Notes: generated by a model from the sequence alone, not told the origin. Counted from the stretch's first letter, positions 8,694-20,369 are shown. The stretch: DNA of 64,000 nt from Candidatus Omnitrophota bacterium (GCA_014729775.1 WJJJ01000007.1:94302-158301); one strand, 5' to 3'. Program-made: numbers and translations.

Positions 8694-10421
8694 ATGATCC
8701 CGCAGGAATTTATTGATGAAGTGCAGAACCGTACCGATATCGTCGAGGTGGTCAGTCAGTATATCCCCTTAAAACGGGCCGGGAGAAATTATAAGGCAGT
8801 CTGTCCGTTTCATAACGAGAAGACGCCTTCGTTCTTTGTGAATCCGCAAAAACAAATATTTCACTGCTTCGGTTGCGGAGAAGGCGGCGGCGCGGTTCAG
8901 TTCCTGATGCAGTATGAAAAAGTAGGGTTTGTAGAGGCGATGGAGATTCTGGCCCAGCGGCTGGGGATGACCGTACCCACGGAAAAAGGGGTCAAACACG
9001 CACGCAAAGCGGTGCTCTATGACATTATGTACGAAGCTGCCCGGTTTTATCATGAGCAGCTCACGCAGCATCAGGACGTCCGCCGGTATCTGCGGCACCG
9101 GGGGGTAGGAGAGCGGACCATCGAAACGTTTCAGCTGGGATATGCGCCCGGAGAAGCGGTACTTACCGCCTCTCTGCGCAAGAAAGGGTTTTCCCTGGAA
9201 ATGATCGAAAAAGTCTCTCTTTGTCAATTTGCGCGCGGGAGATACAGGGATATGTTTCGTGACCGGGTGATGTTTCCTGTCCGGGACGCGCGGGGACGCG
9301 TCGTGGGATTCGGAGGCCGTCTCTGGCGGAAAGACTCCTTCGGTCCCAAATACATTAATTCCGTGGAAAACGTCCTTTACCAGAAACGAGTACATTTGTT
9401 CGGTCTTCATGTGGCGAAGGAGCATATTACCGCGCAAGATTCGGTGATCGTGTCGGAAGGATATCTGGACATGATATCTCCTTTTATGCGCGGAATAAAA
9501 AATATCGTGGCGTCTTTGGGTACGGCATTGACCCACGAACAGGTTCGTCTGTTGAAACGGTACGCATCGGAGTTCATTCTGCTGTTTGATTCCGATAGTG
9601 CCGGAAAAAACGCGGCGATGAGAGCGATCGACGTACTGCTGGAGCATGAACTGCAAATATCGATCGTAGTCCTGCCCCCGGGGGCTGATCCCGACTCGCT
9701 TGTCCGGCAGGAAGGCAGGGAGGGGTTTTCCCGGCTTCTGGAAGGAAAAAGGGGTTTTTTCCCTTATAAAATGGAATGCCTCAAAGAACAGTGGGATATG
9801 CAGAGCGTACACGGGAAATCACGGATCGTACATGAGATGCTGGCGTCACTGCACCGGATTCCGAGTGAGGTGGAAAAACATGAATATATGAAGAAACTCG
9901 CAGCGGAAGCGATGGTCCGGGAAGAAGTCATCTTTGCCGAATACGCGCAAAAATACGGCCGCGGGCGGCAGGCCGCGGCCTCAAAGCCGGATTCGCAGGA
10001 TATTCCCTTTTCTCTTACGGAAAAGATATTGCTGAAATGCGTCTGTATGAATCCTCAAGCGGGTGAAATGTTGTGCCGGAATGTGCGCAGCGACGATTTC
10101 TCTTATCCCTTGGCGCGCCGGGCGGTCGAAAAACTTTGTGAACAAAAAAGTGTCCGGGGCGCACCGTTTTCGGATCTGCTGTCGAAAATGGGCGAGCGGG
10201 AGATATCCGGTTTCTTAAGCGGTATTGTGTGCGACGACACTATCCCGTATAATAAAGAACTTTTCAGGGAAAGCATGGAGAAGCTGCGGCAAAAACGGAT
10301 TAAAAAAATGAAGGCCGAAATGAAAGCGAAAATCCAGGATGCCGAAAGAAGAGGCGATCACGAAATGGTACGAACACTTATGAATAATTACGGAAAAATA
10401 AGCGGGGTAAGCAATGGGTAA
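8694..10421 (+). CDS. dnaG: DNA primase
   Basis: CHC2 zinc finger [35 protein letters not shown] / SLGTA / FDSDSAG; start set at ATG 8694 (MIPQEF). Confidence 0.97.
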   Translation: MIPQEFIDEVQNRTDIVEVVSQYIPLKRAGRNYKAVCPFHNEKTPSFFVNPQKQIFHCFGCGEGGGAVQFLMQYEKVGFVEAMEILAQRLGMTVPTEKGVKHARKAVLYDIMYEAARFYHEQLTQHQDVRRYLRHRGVGERTIETFQLGYAPGEAVLTASLRKKGFSLEMIEKVSLCQFARGRYRDMFRDRVMFPVRDARGRVVGFGGRLWRKDSFGPKYINSVENVLYQKRVHLFGLHVAKEHITAQDSVIVSEGYLDMISPFMRGIKNIVASLGTALTHEQVRLLKRYASEFILLFDSDSAGKNAAMRAIDVLLEHELQISIVVLPPGADPDSLVRQEGREGFSRLLEGKRGFFPYKMECLKEQWDMQSVHGKSRIVHEMLASLHRIPSEVEKHEYMKKLAAEAMVREEVIFAEYAQKYGRGRQAAASKPDSQDIPFSLTEKILLKCVCMNPQAGEMLCRNVRSDDFSYPLARRAVEKLCEQKSVRGAPFSDLLSKMGEREISGFLSGIVCDDTIPYNKELFRESMEKLRQKRIKKMKAEMKAKIQDAERRGDHEMVRTLMNNYGKISGVSNG

Positions 10422-11970
10422 GAAAAAACTGTTGGAGAGAAGCATCGAACAGTTGGTGACTCTGGGAAAAAAGAAAGGATATCTCACCTACGACGAGATT
10501 AATCACTTTCTTTCGGAAGACATTATAAACGCGCAGGAACTTGATGCGATCTTTAGCCGTCTCGATACTCAAAAGATATCCATTCTGGAAACAAGGGAAG
10601 TGCAGGAATGGGAGAAAGAGAAGGAAAAGAAGACGTCTTCCGAAGTGTCGCTGCCCATGGATGACCCGGTGAAAATGTACCTTAAGCAAATGGGACAGAT
10701 TCCTCTGTTGAGCCGGGAAGAGGAAGTGCGGCTGGCCCAGGAGATCGAAGAACGGGAGGAGGCTCTGCGTCAGGAGGTTTTTTCCACCGGGATCGCGCGG
10801 AACGCGTTTCTTGAAATCTCGCAAAAAATCATCCGGGAAGAATTGAATCCCGATGATTTCGTAAAGGGGGAGATCAAGAGCAAGGAAAAAGAGGTGCAGC
10901 GAATCCGGAAGTTGTATCAAAAACTGGTAAGAACGAAAAGGATCCCGCACCAGAAGAAAATCCTTCAGGAATACAACTTTACGATAGGGATTATCGATGA
11001 GATCATCCAGCTGATGAACCGTCTTTCTTCGGAAGCGGAACGGCTTCAAAGAAAGAGGAATCGTTTATTGTCGAACAACCGGAAAAGTAAAAAGCGTGAC
11101 CGGGAAGACCGGGCGCTCAGGAAACAGAGAAGGGAGCTTGCCAGAAAACTGGGATTCGGCACCGATGACGTGAAGAGCAAAATGAAGCTCGTGCACGACC
11201 GGCAGGGAGAGTATAACCGGGCGAAAAAGACGCTGGTCGAAGCAAATTTGCGGCTGGTGGTAAGTATTGCCAAGAAGTATGTCAACCGCGGTCTGTCTTT
11301 TCTCGATTTGATCCAGGAAGGGAACATCGGGTTGATCAAGGCGGTGGAAAAATTCGAATACAAACGGGGATATAAATTTTCCACGTACGCGACCTGGTGG
11401 ATCAGGCAGGCGATTACCCGAGCGATCGCGGACCAGGCGCGGACAATCAGGATCCCGGTGCATATGACCGAAACAATCAACAAGATCATCCGGATTTCCC
11501 GTCTGTTCATACAGGAAAAGGGGCGGGAGCCGACGCCGGATGAGTTATCCAAAGAGCTGAAACTGCCGATTAGCAAGATCAAAGACATTTTGAAGGTTTC
11601 CCAGCAGCCCATCTCGATCCATACGCCGATCGGAGATGACGGGGATACGTATTTCGGGGATTTTCTCGAAGACAAGAAAGCGGTCTCTCCGGCAAATGCC
11701 ACGGTGTTTTCAATGTTGAAGGAGGAGCTCGAGCAGGCGATGGACAGTCTTACCGATAGGGAACGCAAGATCCTTACGCTGAGATTCGGGCTCGAAGACG
11801 GAGCGCCCAAAACTCTCGAGGAAGTGGGCAGTATTTTTAAGGTGACGCGCGAACGGATCCGGCAGATAGAATCAAAGGCGTTGAAGAAACTGCGCCATCC
11901 CAGTCGATCCCGGCGGCTCCAGGCATTTTTGGAGCTTACGCTGTTTAAAGGGAAATACCGTCCTTCCTGA
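10414..11970 (+). CDS. rpoD: RNA polymerase primary sigma factor RpoD
   Basis: Region 1.1, [34 protein letters not shown] and [17 protein letters not shown]; follows dnaG. Confidence 0.97.
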   Translation: MGKKKLLERSIEQLVTLGKKKGYLTYDEINHFLSEDIINAQELDAIFSRLDTQKISILETREVQEWEKEKEKKTSSEVSLPMDDPVKMYLKQMGQIPLLSREEEVRLAQEIEEREEALRQEVFSTGIARNAFLEISQKIIREELNPDDFVKGEIKSKEKEVQRIRKLYQKLVRTKRIPHQKKILQEYNFTIGIIDEIIQLMNRLSSEAERLQRKRNRLLSNNRKSKKRDREDRALRKQRRELARKLGFGTDDVKSKMKLVHDRQGEYNRAKKTLVEANLRLVVSIAKKYVNRGLSFLDLIQEGNIGLIKAVEKFEYKRGYKFSTYATWWIRQAITRAIADQARTIRIPVHMTETINKIIRISRLFIQEKGREPTPDELSKELKLPISKIKDILKVSQQPISIHTPIGDDGDTYFGDFLEDKKAVSPANATVFSMLKEELEQAMDSLTDRERKILTLRFGLEDGAPKTLEEVGSIFKVTRERIRQIESKALKKLRHPSRSRRLQAFLELTLFKGKYRPS

Positions 11971-12026
11971 TCATACCCTGTATCTTCTCCTGCGCGAAAT
12001 CCGCGGCCCGCGGACGGGTTTTTCCT

Positions 12027-12054
12027 TTGCATTGGATTTTTTTTGAATTATAAT
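12027..12054 (+). promoter_or_regulatory. Putative sigma70 promoter of trpB2-gatCAB, likely giving a leaderless transcript
   Basis: TTGCAT-16 nt-TATAAT; ATG 12062 lies 7 nt after the -10 box and has no SD. Confidence 0.65.
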
Positions 12055-12061
12055 AAATTTT

Positions 12062-13411
12062 ATGAATGAATACACAATTCCTCTTTCGGAACGGGAACTT
12101 CCGCGTGAATGGTATAACATCCAGGCCGATCTTCCCTTTGAGGTTCCCCGTCCGGTGCATCCCCTGACGCATATGCCGTTGAAGAAAGAGGATTTGCGCC
12201 CTCTGTTCCCCGATGTCCTCATTGACCAGGAATTTACCGGAAAAAAATGGGTCCGGATACCCGCGCCGGTGCGCGATGCCTACCGGTTATGGCGGCCCAC
12301 GCCGTTGAAACGCGCCCGCCGGCTGGAAAAGCAGCTGAAAACGACATGCCGGATCTATTACAAGGACGAGAGTGTGTCTCCGACCGGAAGCCATAAAACG
12401 AATACGGCGGTGGCACAGGCGTATTTCAACATGCGGCAGGGAGTGAAACGGCTTACTACTGAAACCGGAGCCGGTCAGTGGGGGGCGGCGCTCAGTTTTG
12501 CCTGCAACGTCTTTTCTCTGAAGTGCAGAGTGTTCATGGTGAAGGTGAGTTTTCATCAAAAACCGTTCCGAAAGTCACTGATGCATATTTGGGGATCGGA
12601 AGTATTCCCTTCTCCGTCACATTTGACGGCCAGCGGGAGAAAGATTCTGCAGGCTGACCCGCACTGTCAGGGGAGTTTAGGCATGGCGATCTCGGAAGCG
12701 GTGGAGGAAGCGGTGCATCACCGTGCGACGAAATATTCGTTGGGGAGCGTGCTCAATCACGTGTTGCTGCATCAGACGGTAATCGGGATGGAAGCGAAAA
12801 AACAGCTCAAGCGAGCCGGGGAAACGCCTGATTATCTTATCGGGTGCGTAGGCGGAGGAAGTAACTTCGGGGGATTTGTGTTCCCTTTCCTGGCGGAGGT
12901 GCTCAGGAAGAAAAAAATTCGGGTGATCGCCACTGAGCCGACCGCTTGTCCCACGCTCACTAAGGGGCTCTATAAATATGATTTCGGCGATACCTCCTGT
13001 CTGACCCCGCTGATCAAAATGTACACGCTCGGGCATGGATTCGTGCCGCCGGGAATTCATTCCGGAGGGCTGCGGTATCACGGCTGTTCTTCCCTGGTGA
13101 GCGCGCTGCGGTCTCATAAAATCATTGAAGCGCGGGCGTTCCATCAAACCGCGGTTTTCAAAGCGGCGGTCTTGTTCGCCAAAACTGAAGGGATCGTCCC
13201 CGCGCCTGAGTCCGCACACGCGGTGAAAGCCGCCGTTGACGTGGCGCGGAAAGAAAAGAATAAAACGATCGTATTTAATCTCAGCGGGCACGGATTTTTG
13301 GACTTGTCTTCGTATGACAAATTTCTGAAAGGGGAATTAAAGGATTTTGCCTATCCGGTCAGTAAAATAAAGAAGGCATTGAAAGAGGTTCCCGCTTCCG
13401 AAAATGGATAA
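12062..13411 (+). CDS. trpB2: TrpB2-type tryptophan synthase beta chain (stand-alone)
   Basis: [22 protein letters not shown] (PLP Lys), [23 protein letters not shown] and NLSGHG. Confidence 0.93.
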   Translation: MNEYTIPLSERELPREWYNIQADLPFEVPRPVHPLTHMPLKKEDLRPLFPDVLIDQEFTGKKWVRIPAPVRDAYRLWRPTPLKRARRLEKQLKTTCRIYYKDESVSPTGSHKTNTAVAQAYFNMRQGVKRLTTETGAGQWGAALSFACNVFSLKCRVFMVKVSFHQKPFRKSLMHIWGSEVFPSPSHLTASGRKILQADPHCQGSLGMAISEAVEEAVHHRATKYSLGSVLNHVLLHQTVIGMEAKKQLKRAGETPDYLIGCVGGGSNFGGFVFPFLAEVLRKKKIRVIATEPTACPTLTKGLYKYDFGDTSCLTPLIKMYTLGHGFVPPGIHSGGLRYHGCSSLVSALRSHKIIEARAFHQTAVFKAAVLFAKTEGIVPAPESAHAVKAAVDVARKEKNKTIVFNLSGHGFLDLSSYDKFLKGELKDFAYPVSKIKKALKEVPASENG

Positions 13412-13700
13412 CAAAGATCAGGCACAGCACAAAGTGGAACAGATCGCCCGCCTTGCGCGCATCGAGATCACGGAAGATGAGCGCCGGTCCTTGGGCGGGC
13501 AGTTTGCGCAGATACTCGAGTATGTCGATGCACTGAAGCAGGTGCCGGTAGAGGGAGTGCCCCCGATGCGCGGTCTGCATAAAAATGACGCGGCGACTCG
13601 AGAGGATCGCGTGGTTCCCAGCGCGCTGCCTCCGGAAATTCTACGCAATGCTCCTGCCCGGAAAGACGGAATGTTCAAAATCCCGAAAGTGATCGAATAG
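13404..13700 (+). CDS. gatC: Asp/Glu-tRNA amidotransferase subunit C
   Basis: IARLARI, ILEYV..L, RED, NAP and FKIPKVIE; precedes gatA. Confidence 0.93.
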   Translation: MDNKDQAQHKVEQIARLARIEITEDERRSLGGQFAQILEYVDALKQVPVEGVPPMRGLHKNDAATREDRVVPSALPPEILRNAPARKDGMFKIPKVIE

Positions 13701-13710
13701 ACCAAAGAGA

Positions 13711-15153
13711 ATGAAAGAGTTTACCGAAATGTCCGGGGTTAAACTAGCCCGGTTGATCGCTGAGCACGAACTTGATGAGGTCCAAGTGGGAACAGCCAGT
13801 GCCGCCCGTAGCCGCGCGATGGACGCGGACTTGAATTGTTTTATTTCCGTGTATCCCCAGCCGATAAAGGGCGAGGGGGATTCTGCCCTTCGCGGGGTTC
13901 CCGTTGCCCTGAAGGATAATATCAGTGTCCGGGGCAAGCCGCTTACCTGCGCCTCAAAGATTTTGTCCGGATATACGGCACCTTACGACGCGACCGTGAC
14001 CGTCCGTTTAAAACAGGCCGGGCTGCAGATTATCGGATCCACGAACATGGATGAATTTGCGTTCGGCTCATCCACGGAGAATTCTTGTTACGGTCCGACT
14101 GCAAATCCCTGGGATACGGGGCGCGTGCCCGGCGGGTCCAGCGGCGGTTCTGCGGCGGCGGTCGCGGCGCGGCTGGTTCCCTGCGCGCTGGGTTCGGATA
14201 CCGGCGGATCGATCCGTCAGCCGGCCGCCTTATGCGGAGTGGTGGGAATGAAACCGACCTACGGAAGGGTATCCCGCTATGGACTGGTGGCGTTTGGTTC
14301 CAGCCTGGACCAGATCGGGCCTTTTACGACTAATTTCGAGGACTGTGCTCATTTGCTGAATGTGCTTTGCGGTGCTGATCCGCGGGATTCTACCTGCGCT
14401 TCCGTCGCGGTTCCGGACTTTACCGCGGTGCTGAATTCAGGGGTAAAGGGATTGACAATAGGGATTCCCCGCGAATACTATGCCGACGGTCTGGATTCGC
14501 AGGTGCGTGCTGCGCTGGAGGAAGTGCAAGAGGTATTCGCCGCGCAGGGCGCGCGGTGCGTTCCGGTCAGCCTTCCCCATACGCGATATGCGGTCGCGGC
14601 GTATTATATTATCGCCTCTTCGGAAGCGAGTTCCAATTTGCAGCGGTTTGACGGGATTCGCTACGGCCGCCGCGTTCCCAGGGATTCACTGGGAGAGGTG
14701 TACGGATATTCCCGCGGGAGCGGGTTCGGAGCAGAATCAAAACGCCGGATATTCCTCGGTACGTACTGTCTTTCCAGCGGCTACTATGACGCCTATTATA
14801 TACGGGCGCTCAAAGTGCGGACCTTGATCCGCCGGGATTTCGAACAGGCGTTTACCCAGGCGGACGTACTGCTTACTCCCACTACGCCCGCGCCCGCGTT
14901 CCTCCGCGGGGAAAAAACCGGTGATCCTCTGCAGATGTATTTATCCGATGTCTTCACCAGTTCCGCCAATCTTGCCGGTGTGCCCGCGGTTTCGTTTCCC
15001 TGCGGATATACGCGGGAAGGGTTGCCTGTCGGCGCGCAGTTGATCGGCAGGGCATTTGACGAAGAAACGCTGATCCGCGCCGGGAACGCGTATCAGCAGC
15101 ACACCGCGTTTCATGCGCGGATTCCGGAGAAATATGGACCAGAATCAGTTTGA
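13711..15153 (+). CDS. gatA: Asp/Glu-tRNA amidotransferase subunit A
   Basis: Amidase signature [33 protein letters not shown], plus GYYDAYY. Confidence 0.96.
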   Translation: MKEFTEMSGVKLARLIAEHELDEVQVGTASAARSRAMDADLNCFISVYPQPIKGEGDSALRGVPVALKDNISVRGKPLTCASKILSGYTAPYDATVTVRLKQAGLQIIGSTNMDEFAFGSSTENSCYGPTANPWDTGRVPGGSSGGSAAAVAARLVPCALGSDTGGSIRQPAALCGVVGMKPTYGRVSRYGLVAFGSSLDQIGPFTTNFEDCAHLLNVLCGADPRDSTCASVAVPDFTAVLNSGVKGLTIGIPREYYADGLDSQVRAALEEVQEVFAAQGARCVPVSLPHTRYAVAAYYIIASSEASSNLQRFDGIRYGRRVPRDSLGEVYGYSRGSGFGAESKRRIFLGTYCLSSGYYDAYYIRALKVRTLIRRDFEQAFTQADVLLTPTTPAPAFLRGEKTGDPLQMYLSDVFTSSANLAGVPAVSFPCGYTREGLPVGAQLIGRAFDEETLIRAGNAYQQHTAFHARIPEKYGPESV

Positions 15154-16567
15154 GACCGTTATAGGACTTGAGGTTCACGTGCAGTTGCGCACCGAATCTA
15201 AGATATTCTGCGCCTGCTCTACGGAGTTCGCCCAGCCGCCGAACACGAATGTGTGTCCGGTATGCGCGGGGTATCCGGGAGTACTGCCGGTGTTGAACCG
15301 CGCGGTATTGGCGCTCGCGGTACGCGTGGCTTCCGCCTTTGGCTGTACCGTGCAGGAATCGATATATTTCGAACGGAAAAATTATTTTTATCCGGATCTC
15401 CCAAAAAATTACCAGATCTCTCAATATAAAGTTCCCTTGGGGAAAAACGGCGGGGTGGAACTTGAAACCGGCCGCACGATTTGTGTCGAACGGGTGCATC
15501 TGGAAGAAGACGCGGGGAAGCTTACGCATAAAGAAGGGGGTTCTCTGGTGGATTTAAACCGGGCCGGGACCCCTCTTCTGGAAATCGTCTCCATGCCCGA
15601 TATCCGGTCTCCCCGGGAAGCGTTCGAGTATTTACGGACTCTGAAAATGATTTTACAGTATATCGAAGCGTCGGATTGTGATATGGAAAAGGGTTCGCTT
15701 CGCTGTGACGCCAATATCTCATTGCGCCGGAGAGGAGAAGAACGGCTGGGAACGAAAGTCGAATTAAAGAACATGAATTCTTTTCGGGGGGTTCGGGATG
15801 CGCTTACGCATGAACAGGAACGGCAGAAAGAGGTGCTGTGCGCCGGACGAACAGTGGTCCAGGAAACGCGGTTATGGAATGTGGACCGTCAGCGCACAGA
15901 GTCGATGCGTACCAAGGAAGAAGCACATGATTACCGGTATTTTCCCGATCCCGATCTTCCCGATTTTTCCGTTCCGGATGAGCTCATCGCCAGGGAAGCG
16001 GCCCGGGTCGGCGAATTGCCGTTGGCGAGAAAGAAGCGGTTTGCCGAGCGTTATTCCCTTGACGAGGGGCAGCTCGAAGTGTTGGTCGGACAGAAAGCGC
16101 TGGGAGATTTCTTCGAAGCCGCGCTTAAATATTATTCACAGCCGCGCGAAATCGCGAAATGGATTATCGGTCCGTTCCTGGAACAGGTCAATGCTCTCCC
16201 ACAGGGGATGCGAGGGGTAAGTATTTCTTCCCAAAACTTCGCAAAGATAGTACAATACTTCTCTGAAGGGAAATTGAATAATCTCGCGGCCAAGAAAGTC
16301 CTTGCGACCGCGGTCCTGTCGACGCAAGACGTCGATGAGATTATCCGGGAACAGGGACTCGAACAAATTTCCGGCGAGGACGAACTTGCCGGATATGTGC
16401 GGGATATTATCAGTGAGCAGCAGGAGGCGGTTTCCCAGTATTTATCGGGAAAAACTCAAGCAGTCATGTTTTTGGTCGGACAAGTGATGAAAAAAACGCG
16501 GGGAAACGCCAATCCCAAAAAAGTAAAAGCTTTATTCGAAAAAGAACTGGAGAAAAAACGGTCCTGA
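15134..16567 (+). CDS. gatB: Asp/Glu-tRNA amidotransferase subunit B
   Basis: IGLEVHVQL, RKNYFYPDLPK, HLEEDAGK, LRCDANIS and DYRYFPDPD; start ATG 15134. Confidence 0.97.
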   Translation: MDQNQFETVIGLEVHVQLRTESKIFCACSTEFAQPPNTNVCPVCAGYPGVLPVLNRAVLALAVRVASAFGCTVQESIYFERKNYFYPDLPKNYQISQYKVPLGKNGGVELETGRTICVERVHLEEDAGKLTHKEGGSLVDLNRAGTPLLEIVSMPDIRSPREAFEYLRTLKMILQYIEASDCDMEKGSLRCDANISLRRRGEERLGTKVELKNMNSFRGVRDALTHEQERQKEVLCAGRTVVQETRLWNVDRQRTESMRTKEEAHDYRYFPDPDLPDFSVPDELIAREAARVGELPLARKKRFAERYSLDEGQLEVLVGQKALGDFFEAALKYYSQPREIAKWIIGPFLEQVNALPQGMRGVSISSQNFAKIVQYFSEGKLNNLAAKKVLATAVLSTQDVDEIIREQGLEQISGEDELAGYVRDIISEQQEAVSQYLSGKTQAVMFLVGQVMKKTRGNANPKKVKALFEKELEKKRS

Positions 16568-16637
16568 GGAGGAGACGCTTCACTGTCTTCAAAAGAAGTG
16601 CGGGGGAAGTTGCGGAAATCAAAGGAGGAGCGCGCGC

Positions 16638-17849
16638 ATGAAAAGAAAAATAATCGCAGGGTTAGCTATAGTGACGGTTCTGTCTTCCTATTGGATAGGG
16701 TTTTCTCTCGGGACCGAGCAGGAAGACATATACGAAAAACTCGATATCTTCGCGGAAAGCATCGCGGTGATCGAGCGTAAATACGTGGAAGATAAGCAGA
16801 TGGAGGAATTGATTTACGGCGCGCTCGACGGCATGCTGCTGTCGCTCGATCCCTACAGTCAGTTTCTTACTCCCGACGATTATAAGGAATTGTTGGTGGA
16901 AACCGAAGGGAAATTCGGCGGGCTTGGAATAGAAATTACGATTCGCGACGGACTGCTTACCATTGTGTCCCCCATGGAAGGAACACCGGCCTGGGACGCC
17001 GGGCTGAAAGCCGGTGATGTCATCGTCAAAATCGAAGAGGAAGTGACGAAGGGGATTACCCTGTTGGATGCCGTAAAGAAACTGCGCGGGGAACCGGGCA
17101 CGGAAGTGACGATTACCGTTTTACGGGAGAAAACGCGCAATGTCGAAGACGTGACGATCACCCGCGGGATTATTAAAATTCAGGATATCAAAGGGGGGCA
17201 GATTCTGGAGGACGGCATCGGATACCTGAGGATCGCCGAGTTCCGGGAAACTACCCATAGAGATCTGGATAAAGTGCTGTCCCGTCTCGATCAAAAGGAA
17301 TTGAGAGGACTTATCGTGGATGTCCGCAACAATCCCGGAGGATTGCTGGATTCGGCGGTAAGGGTGTCCAGCCGGTTTCTTGAGGCCGGAGCGCGGATCG
17401 TATCCACGAAAGCCCGCGGAGAAAAAGAACGGACCTATGATGCGGTCAGCGGCGGCTCGAAGATATTGGGGGTGCCGATGGTCGTGCTGATCAATAAAGG
17501 AAGCGCATCCGGCAGTGAGATCCTCGCCGCGGCACTGCGTGACCATAACCGGGCGGTACTGCTCGGCGAAACCACCTTTGGGAAAGGTTCGGTGCAGACC
17601 ATTGTCCCTTTAAGCGACGGATCCGCCTTGCGCCTCACGACGGCAAAGTATTATACTCCGGCGGGAATCAGCATCCACGATAAAGGAATAGAGCCGGATA
17701 TTACCGTTGAAGAGAAGGAAATGGAAAGCGCCGAAGACGTGTTTAAAAAACTCCAGGAACAAAAGAATGATTTCGACTACAAAAAAGATTACCAGATTAT
17801 CCGCGCGCTTGATCTGATCAGGGGTATGCTGGTGCTCTCGCAACGATAA
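16638..17849 (+). CDS. S41 family carboxyl-terminal processing protease (CtpA-like, PDZ)
   Basis: Signal anchor, LDPYS, GGLGI (PDZ), DVRNNPGG, SASGSE and FGKGSVQ. Confidence 0.93.
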   Translation: MKRKIIAGLAIVTVLSSYWIGFSLGTEQEDIYEKLDIFAESIAVIERKYVEDKQMEELIYGALDGMLLSLDPYSQFLTPDDYKELLVETEGKFGGLGIEITIRDGLLTIVSPMEGTPAWDAGLKAGDVIVKIEEEVTKGITLLDAVKKLRGEPGTEVTITVLREKTRNVEDVTITRGIIKIQDIKGGQILEDGIGYLRIAEFRETTHRDLDKVLSRLDQKELRGLIVDVRNNPGGLLDSAVRVSSRFLEAGARIVSTKARGEKERTYDAVSGGSKILGVPMVVLINKGSASGSEILAAALRDHNRAVLLGETTFGKGSVQTIVPLSDGSALRLTTAKYYTPAGISIHDKGIEPDITVEEKEMESAEDVFKKLQEQKNDFDYKKDYQIIRALDLIRGMLVLSQR

Positions 17850-17851
17850 CG

Positions 17852-18841
17852 ATGTACGTGCTCGGCATCGAGACTTCTTGTGATGAGACTTCGTGCGGAG
17901 TCGTCCGGGGCCGGCATCTTTGTTCCCTGGTAACCCGTTCCTCTCTGCCCGCGCACAGGCAGTTCGGCGGGGTAGTGCCGGAAATCGCCACGCGCGCGCA
18001 TGTGCGGGTGATCGACCGGGTGTGCGCCGCAGCGATCGAGGACTGGGGCGGATCCCTCAATCAACTTTCCGCGATTGCGGCAACCGTCCGTCCCGGACTG
18101 ATCGGGTCCCTGGTCGTCGGAGTCAATTTCGCCAAGGCCCTGGCCCTGGCGCTTCGAAAACCATTCATCGGCGTGAATCATTTACACGCCCATCTTTTTG
18201 CTCCGTTCATCAACGCGCCTGAGCCTCCCGAATTTCCCTTTCTGGGGATCGTCGTTTCCGGGGGGCATACCGATATTTACCGGGTGGATGATTTTGACCG
18301 CATTCAGCTCCTTGGCGGAACCGTTGACGATGCCTGCGGGGAGGTGTACGACAAAGTCGCGCGGACGTTCGGATTAGGGTATCCCGGCGGGCCGGTGATC
18401 GACAGACTTTTTGATCCCGCGGAAAAAAACGCCTTTCAGTTTAAATGCGGGCGTTCGGGGCTGGAGGTGAGTTTCAGCGGGATCAAGACCGCGCTGGTGT
18501 ACGCGCACCGGGAATATGCGGACCGGGGCGGGTTGGACCAGAAGACGGTGGTGCGGCTGATGTCTTCTTTTCAGGAATCCCTCGTATCCACGCTCGTCGA
18601 AGTGCTTCGGGAAGCGGTCCGCCGCAGCGGGCTCTCGACTGTGGTCTGTGGGGGGGGCGTGACGGCCAACCGCTATTTAAGAACGCGGCTGAAAGAATGC
18701 GCTTCTGAATTCAAGGCGGTATTGCCTCCTATGGAGTATACCGCCGATAACGCTGCGGGAGTTGCAGGATTAGGATTTTACCTGTATAATGAGAAAAATT
18801 ACGTTTCTCCGCTGTCATTAGAGGCGGAGAGCCGGGGGTAA
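17852..18841 (+). CDS. tsaD: tRNA threonylcarbamoyltransferase TsaD
   Basis: LGIETSCDET, GGVVPE.A.R.H, NHLHAH, VSGGHT, DDACGE.YDK and SFSG.KT. Confidence 0.96.
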   Translation: MYVLGIETSCDETSCGVVRGRHLCSLVTRSSLPAHRQFGGVVPEIATRAHVRVIDRVCAAAIEDWGGSLNQLSAIAATVRPGLIGSLVVGVNFAKALALALRKPFIGVNHLHAHLFAPFINAPEPPEFPFLGIVVSGGHTDIYRVDDFDRIQLLGGTVDDACGEVYDKVARTFGLGYPGGPVIDRLFDPAEKNAFQFKCGRSGLEVSFSGIKTALVYAHREYADRGGLDQKTVVRLMSSFQESLVSTLVEVLREAVRRSGLSTVVCGGGVTANRYLRTRLKECASEFKAVLPPMEYTADNAAGVAGLGFYLYNEKNYVSPLSLEAESRG

Positions 18842-18842
18842 T

Positions 18843-19268
18843 ATGGGGGTAGTATCGACCGCGATTCGTCTCATAGTGGCGTTTCTCTGCGGTTCTCTTC
18901 TCGGATTTGAACGGGAACGGAAATCGCGGGAAGCGGGATTGAGGACGCATATTCTGGTATGTGTCGGGTCCGCGCTTTTTATGCTGATTTCGCTCCATGT
19001 CTATGAAGCATATCCGGAAGCCGACTCTCTCGACCCATCCCGGATCGCGGCCGGGGTGGTGACCGGGATCGGTTTCCTGGGAGCGGGGACCATCATCCGC
19101 AGTCAGGAAGGGATCCGCGGACTCACGACCGCGGCAAGTGTGTGGATGAGTTCGGCGATCGGTCTCGCCGTCGGGTCCGGGTATTACATTGCCGCGATCA
19201 TCGCTACGGTTATCGCCTATCTGTGTTTGTCTTCATTAAAGCGGGTTGAAAAGAGATTCGAACGATAA
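18843..19268 (+). CDS. MgtC/SapB family membrane protein (short form)
   Basis: GFERE, AGLRTH, DPSRIAA.VV.GIGFLGAG and GLTTAA. Confidence 0.92.
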   Translation: MGVVSTAIRLIVAFLCGSLLGFERERKSREAGLRTHILVCVGSALFMLISLHVYEAYPEADSLDPSRIAAGVVTGIGFLGAGTIIRSQEGIRGLTTAASVWMSSAIGLAVGSGYYIAAIIATVIAYLCLSSLKRVEKRFER

Positions 19269-19330
19269 AAGGAAACGAAGAGAAGGGGCTTTACAAGGCG
19301 AAGTTCCCGTGTAATTGAGGAGGTGGAGCG

Positions 19331-19819
19331 GTGGCGCGAAAAAGAGAAGAGAAGATCCTGGACGTCAATGCCACGATGCAGGGAAGTTTGGTGTTTTCCG
19401 ACCCGGTAAATTTACGGATAAACGGCCAGTTTGAAGGGACGCTTACCACCCGCGGAAATTTAATCATCGGAAAAAGCGCGCGGGTAACCGCAAACATCCG
19501 GGGAGAGAATATCGTGATCGGCGGTAAGGTGAAAGGGGATATTCAATCGACGAAAACCGTCGCGTTGACCGCAACCGCTCAGATATTCGGAGATATTATG
19601 ACTCCCAAGATCGCGATTGAAGAAGGCGCGGTGTTCAACGGAAATTGTTCCATGCGGGAAGGGAAAATCACGTTGGTCGAACTTTCCGATTATCTTTCCG
19701 TTGATGAGTCAAAGATCATGGAATGGGTGAATAACGGACGGATTCCCGTGGAGAGTTCTTCCGACGGACTGCTGTTTGACCGCCATGAAGTAGAATCCTG
19801 GATAAGCCAAAATTCATGA
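19331..19819 (+). CDS. Bactofilin (polymer-forming cytoskeletal protein) fused to a C-terminal excisionase/MerR-like HTH
   Basis: Beta-helix repeats LRINGQFEG, LIIG, VIGGKVKGDI, IEEGAVFNG; C-terminal T..EL..YL......I..W...G.IP......LF....V..W. Confidence 0.82.
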   Translation: MARKREEKILDVNATMQGSLVFSDPVNLRINGQFEGTLTTRGNLIIGKSARVTANIRGENIVIGGKVKGDIQSTKTVALTATAQIFGDIMTPKIAIEEGAVFNGNCSMREGKITLVELSDYLSVDESKIMEWVNNGRIPVESSSDGLLFDRHEVESWISQNS

Positions 19820-19839
19820 TTTCCGCAAAGAGGTCCGCG

Positions 19840-20142
19840 ATGAAAGAGAAGTTGTTAACTACACGCGAAGCGTCGCAGCAACTGAAGCTTTCGGAAAAAG
19901 AACTGATTGATCTGGCCCGTACGGGTTTAATCCCTCATTTTAAACTCGGCGGGGAATTCCTGCGGTTCAAGCAACAGGACATTGTCCGGATCCGCCGGGA
20001 GATCAAAAAATACAATCTGCCGCACAGAAAAGTGCAGAGATGGGAAAGAATAAAAGAATTTCTCTATTTTCACGATTTCTATCTTATTGCCTCGGCGCTG
20101 ATCATCGGCTTGCTGTGGATTTTGATCCGGGATTTTTCCTAA
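19840..20142 (+). CDS. Excisionase-like helix-turn-helix protein with C-terminal TM anchor
   Basis: LLTTREAS..L......G.IP.FK.GG..LRF (HTH_17 pattern) and a hydrophobic C-terminus; SD AGAGGT before ATG 19840. Confidence 0.75.
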   Translation: MKEKLLTTREASQQLKLSEKELIDLARTGLIPHFKLGGEFLRFKQQDIVRIRREIKKYNLPHRKVQRWERIKEFLYFHDFYLIASALIIGLLWILIRDFS

Positions 20143-20220
20143 TGCCTCCTTATGCGATCCTGCTTTTTCTCTGGAAATTTATTCCCGCAATGGTATAATA
20201 ACCACTTGATTTTTCCGGCA

Positions 20221-20365
20221 GGAGACGACACGAATCCCTGATGATTTCGAGAAAGAAGATCGCGTGTCAGACGGTGAGACTGTCCGTGCGCGGTACGCTC
20301 ATTGAACAAACGGTCCCCTTGGCAGGTGCCGGTATTTTGCGGCGGGGGGCCTGGTCGTTTTCTTT
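20221..20365 (+). ncRNA. Candidate structured RNA or leader upstream of tRNA-Met (family unassigned)
   Basis: Downstream of an extended -10 TGGTATAAT (20191-20199); GGAGACGAC pairs with GTCGTTTTC, enclosing hairpins CGCG..GACGGT-GAG-ACTGTC..CGCG and GGTCCCC..GGGGGCC. Confidence 0.3.
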
Positions 20366-20369
20366 TTGC

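Noticed and set aside
12000-12023. Intrinsic terminator after rpoD (and the hairpin at 38682-38698 after the PKS operon)
   Set aside because: Short GC stems with a displaced or absent U-tract; not strong enough to call
8769-12032. Long antisense ORFs (8769-9812, 11046-12032; similarly 299-1288, 38040-38900, 55470-56258, 56917-57726)
   Set aside because: Shadow frames opposite well-supported genes, with no recognisable motifs
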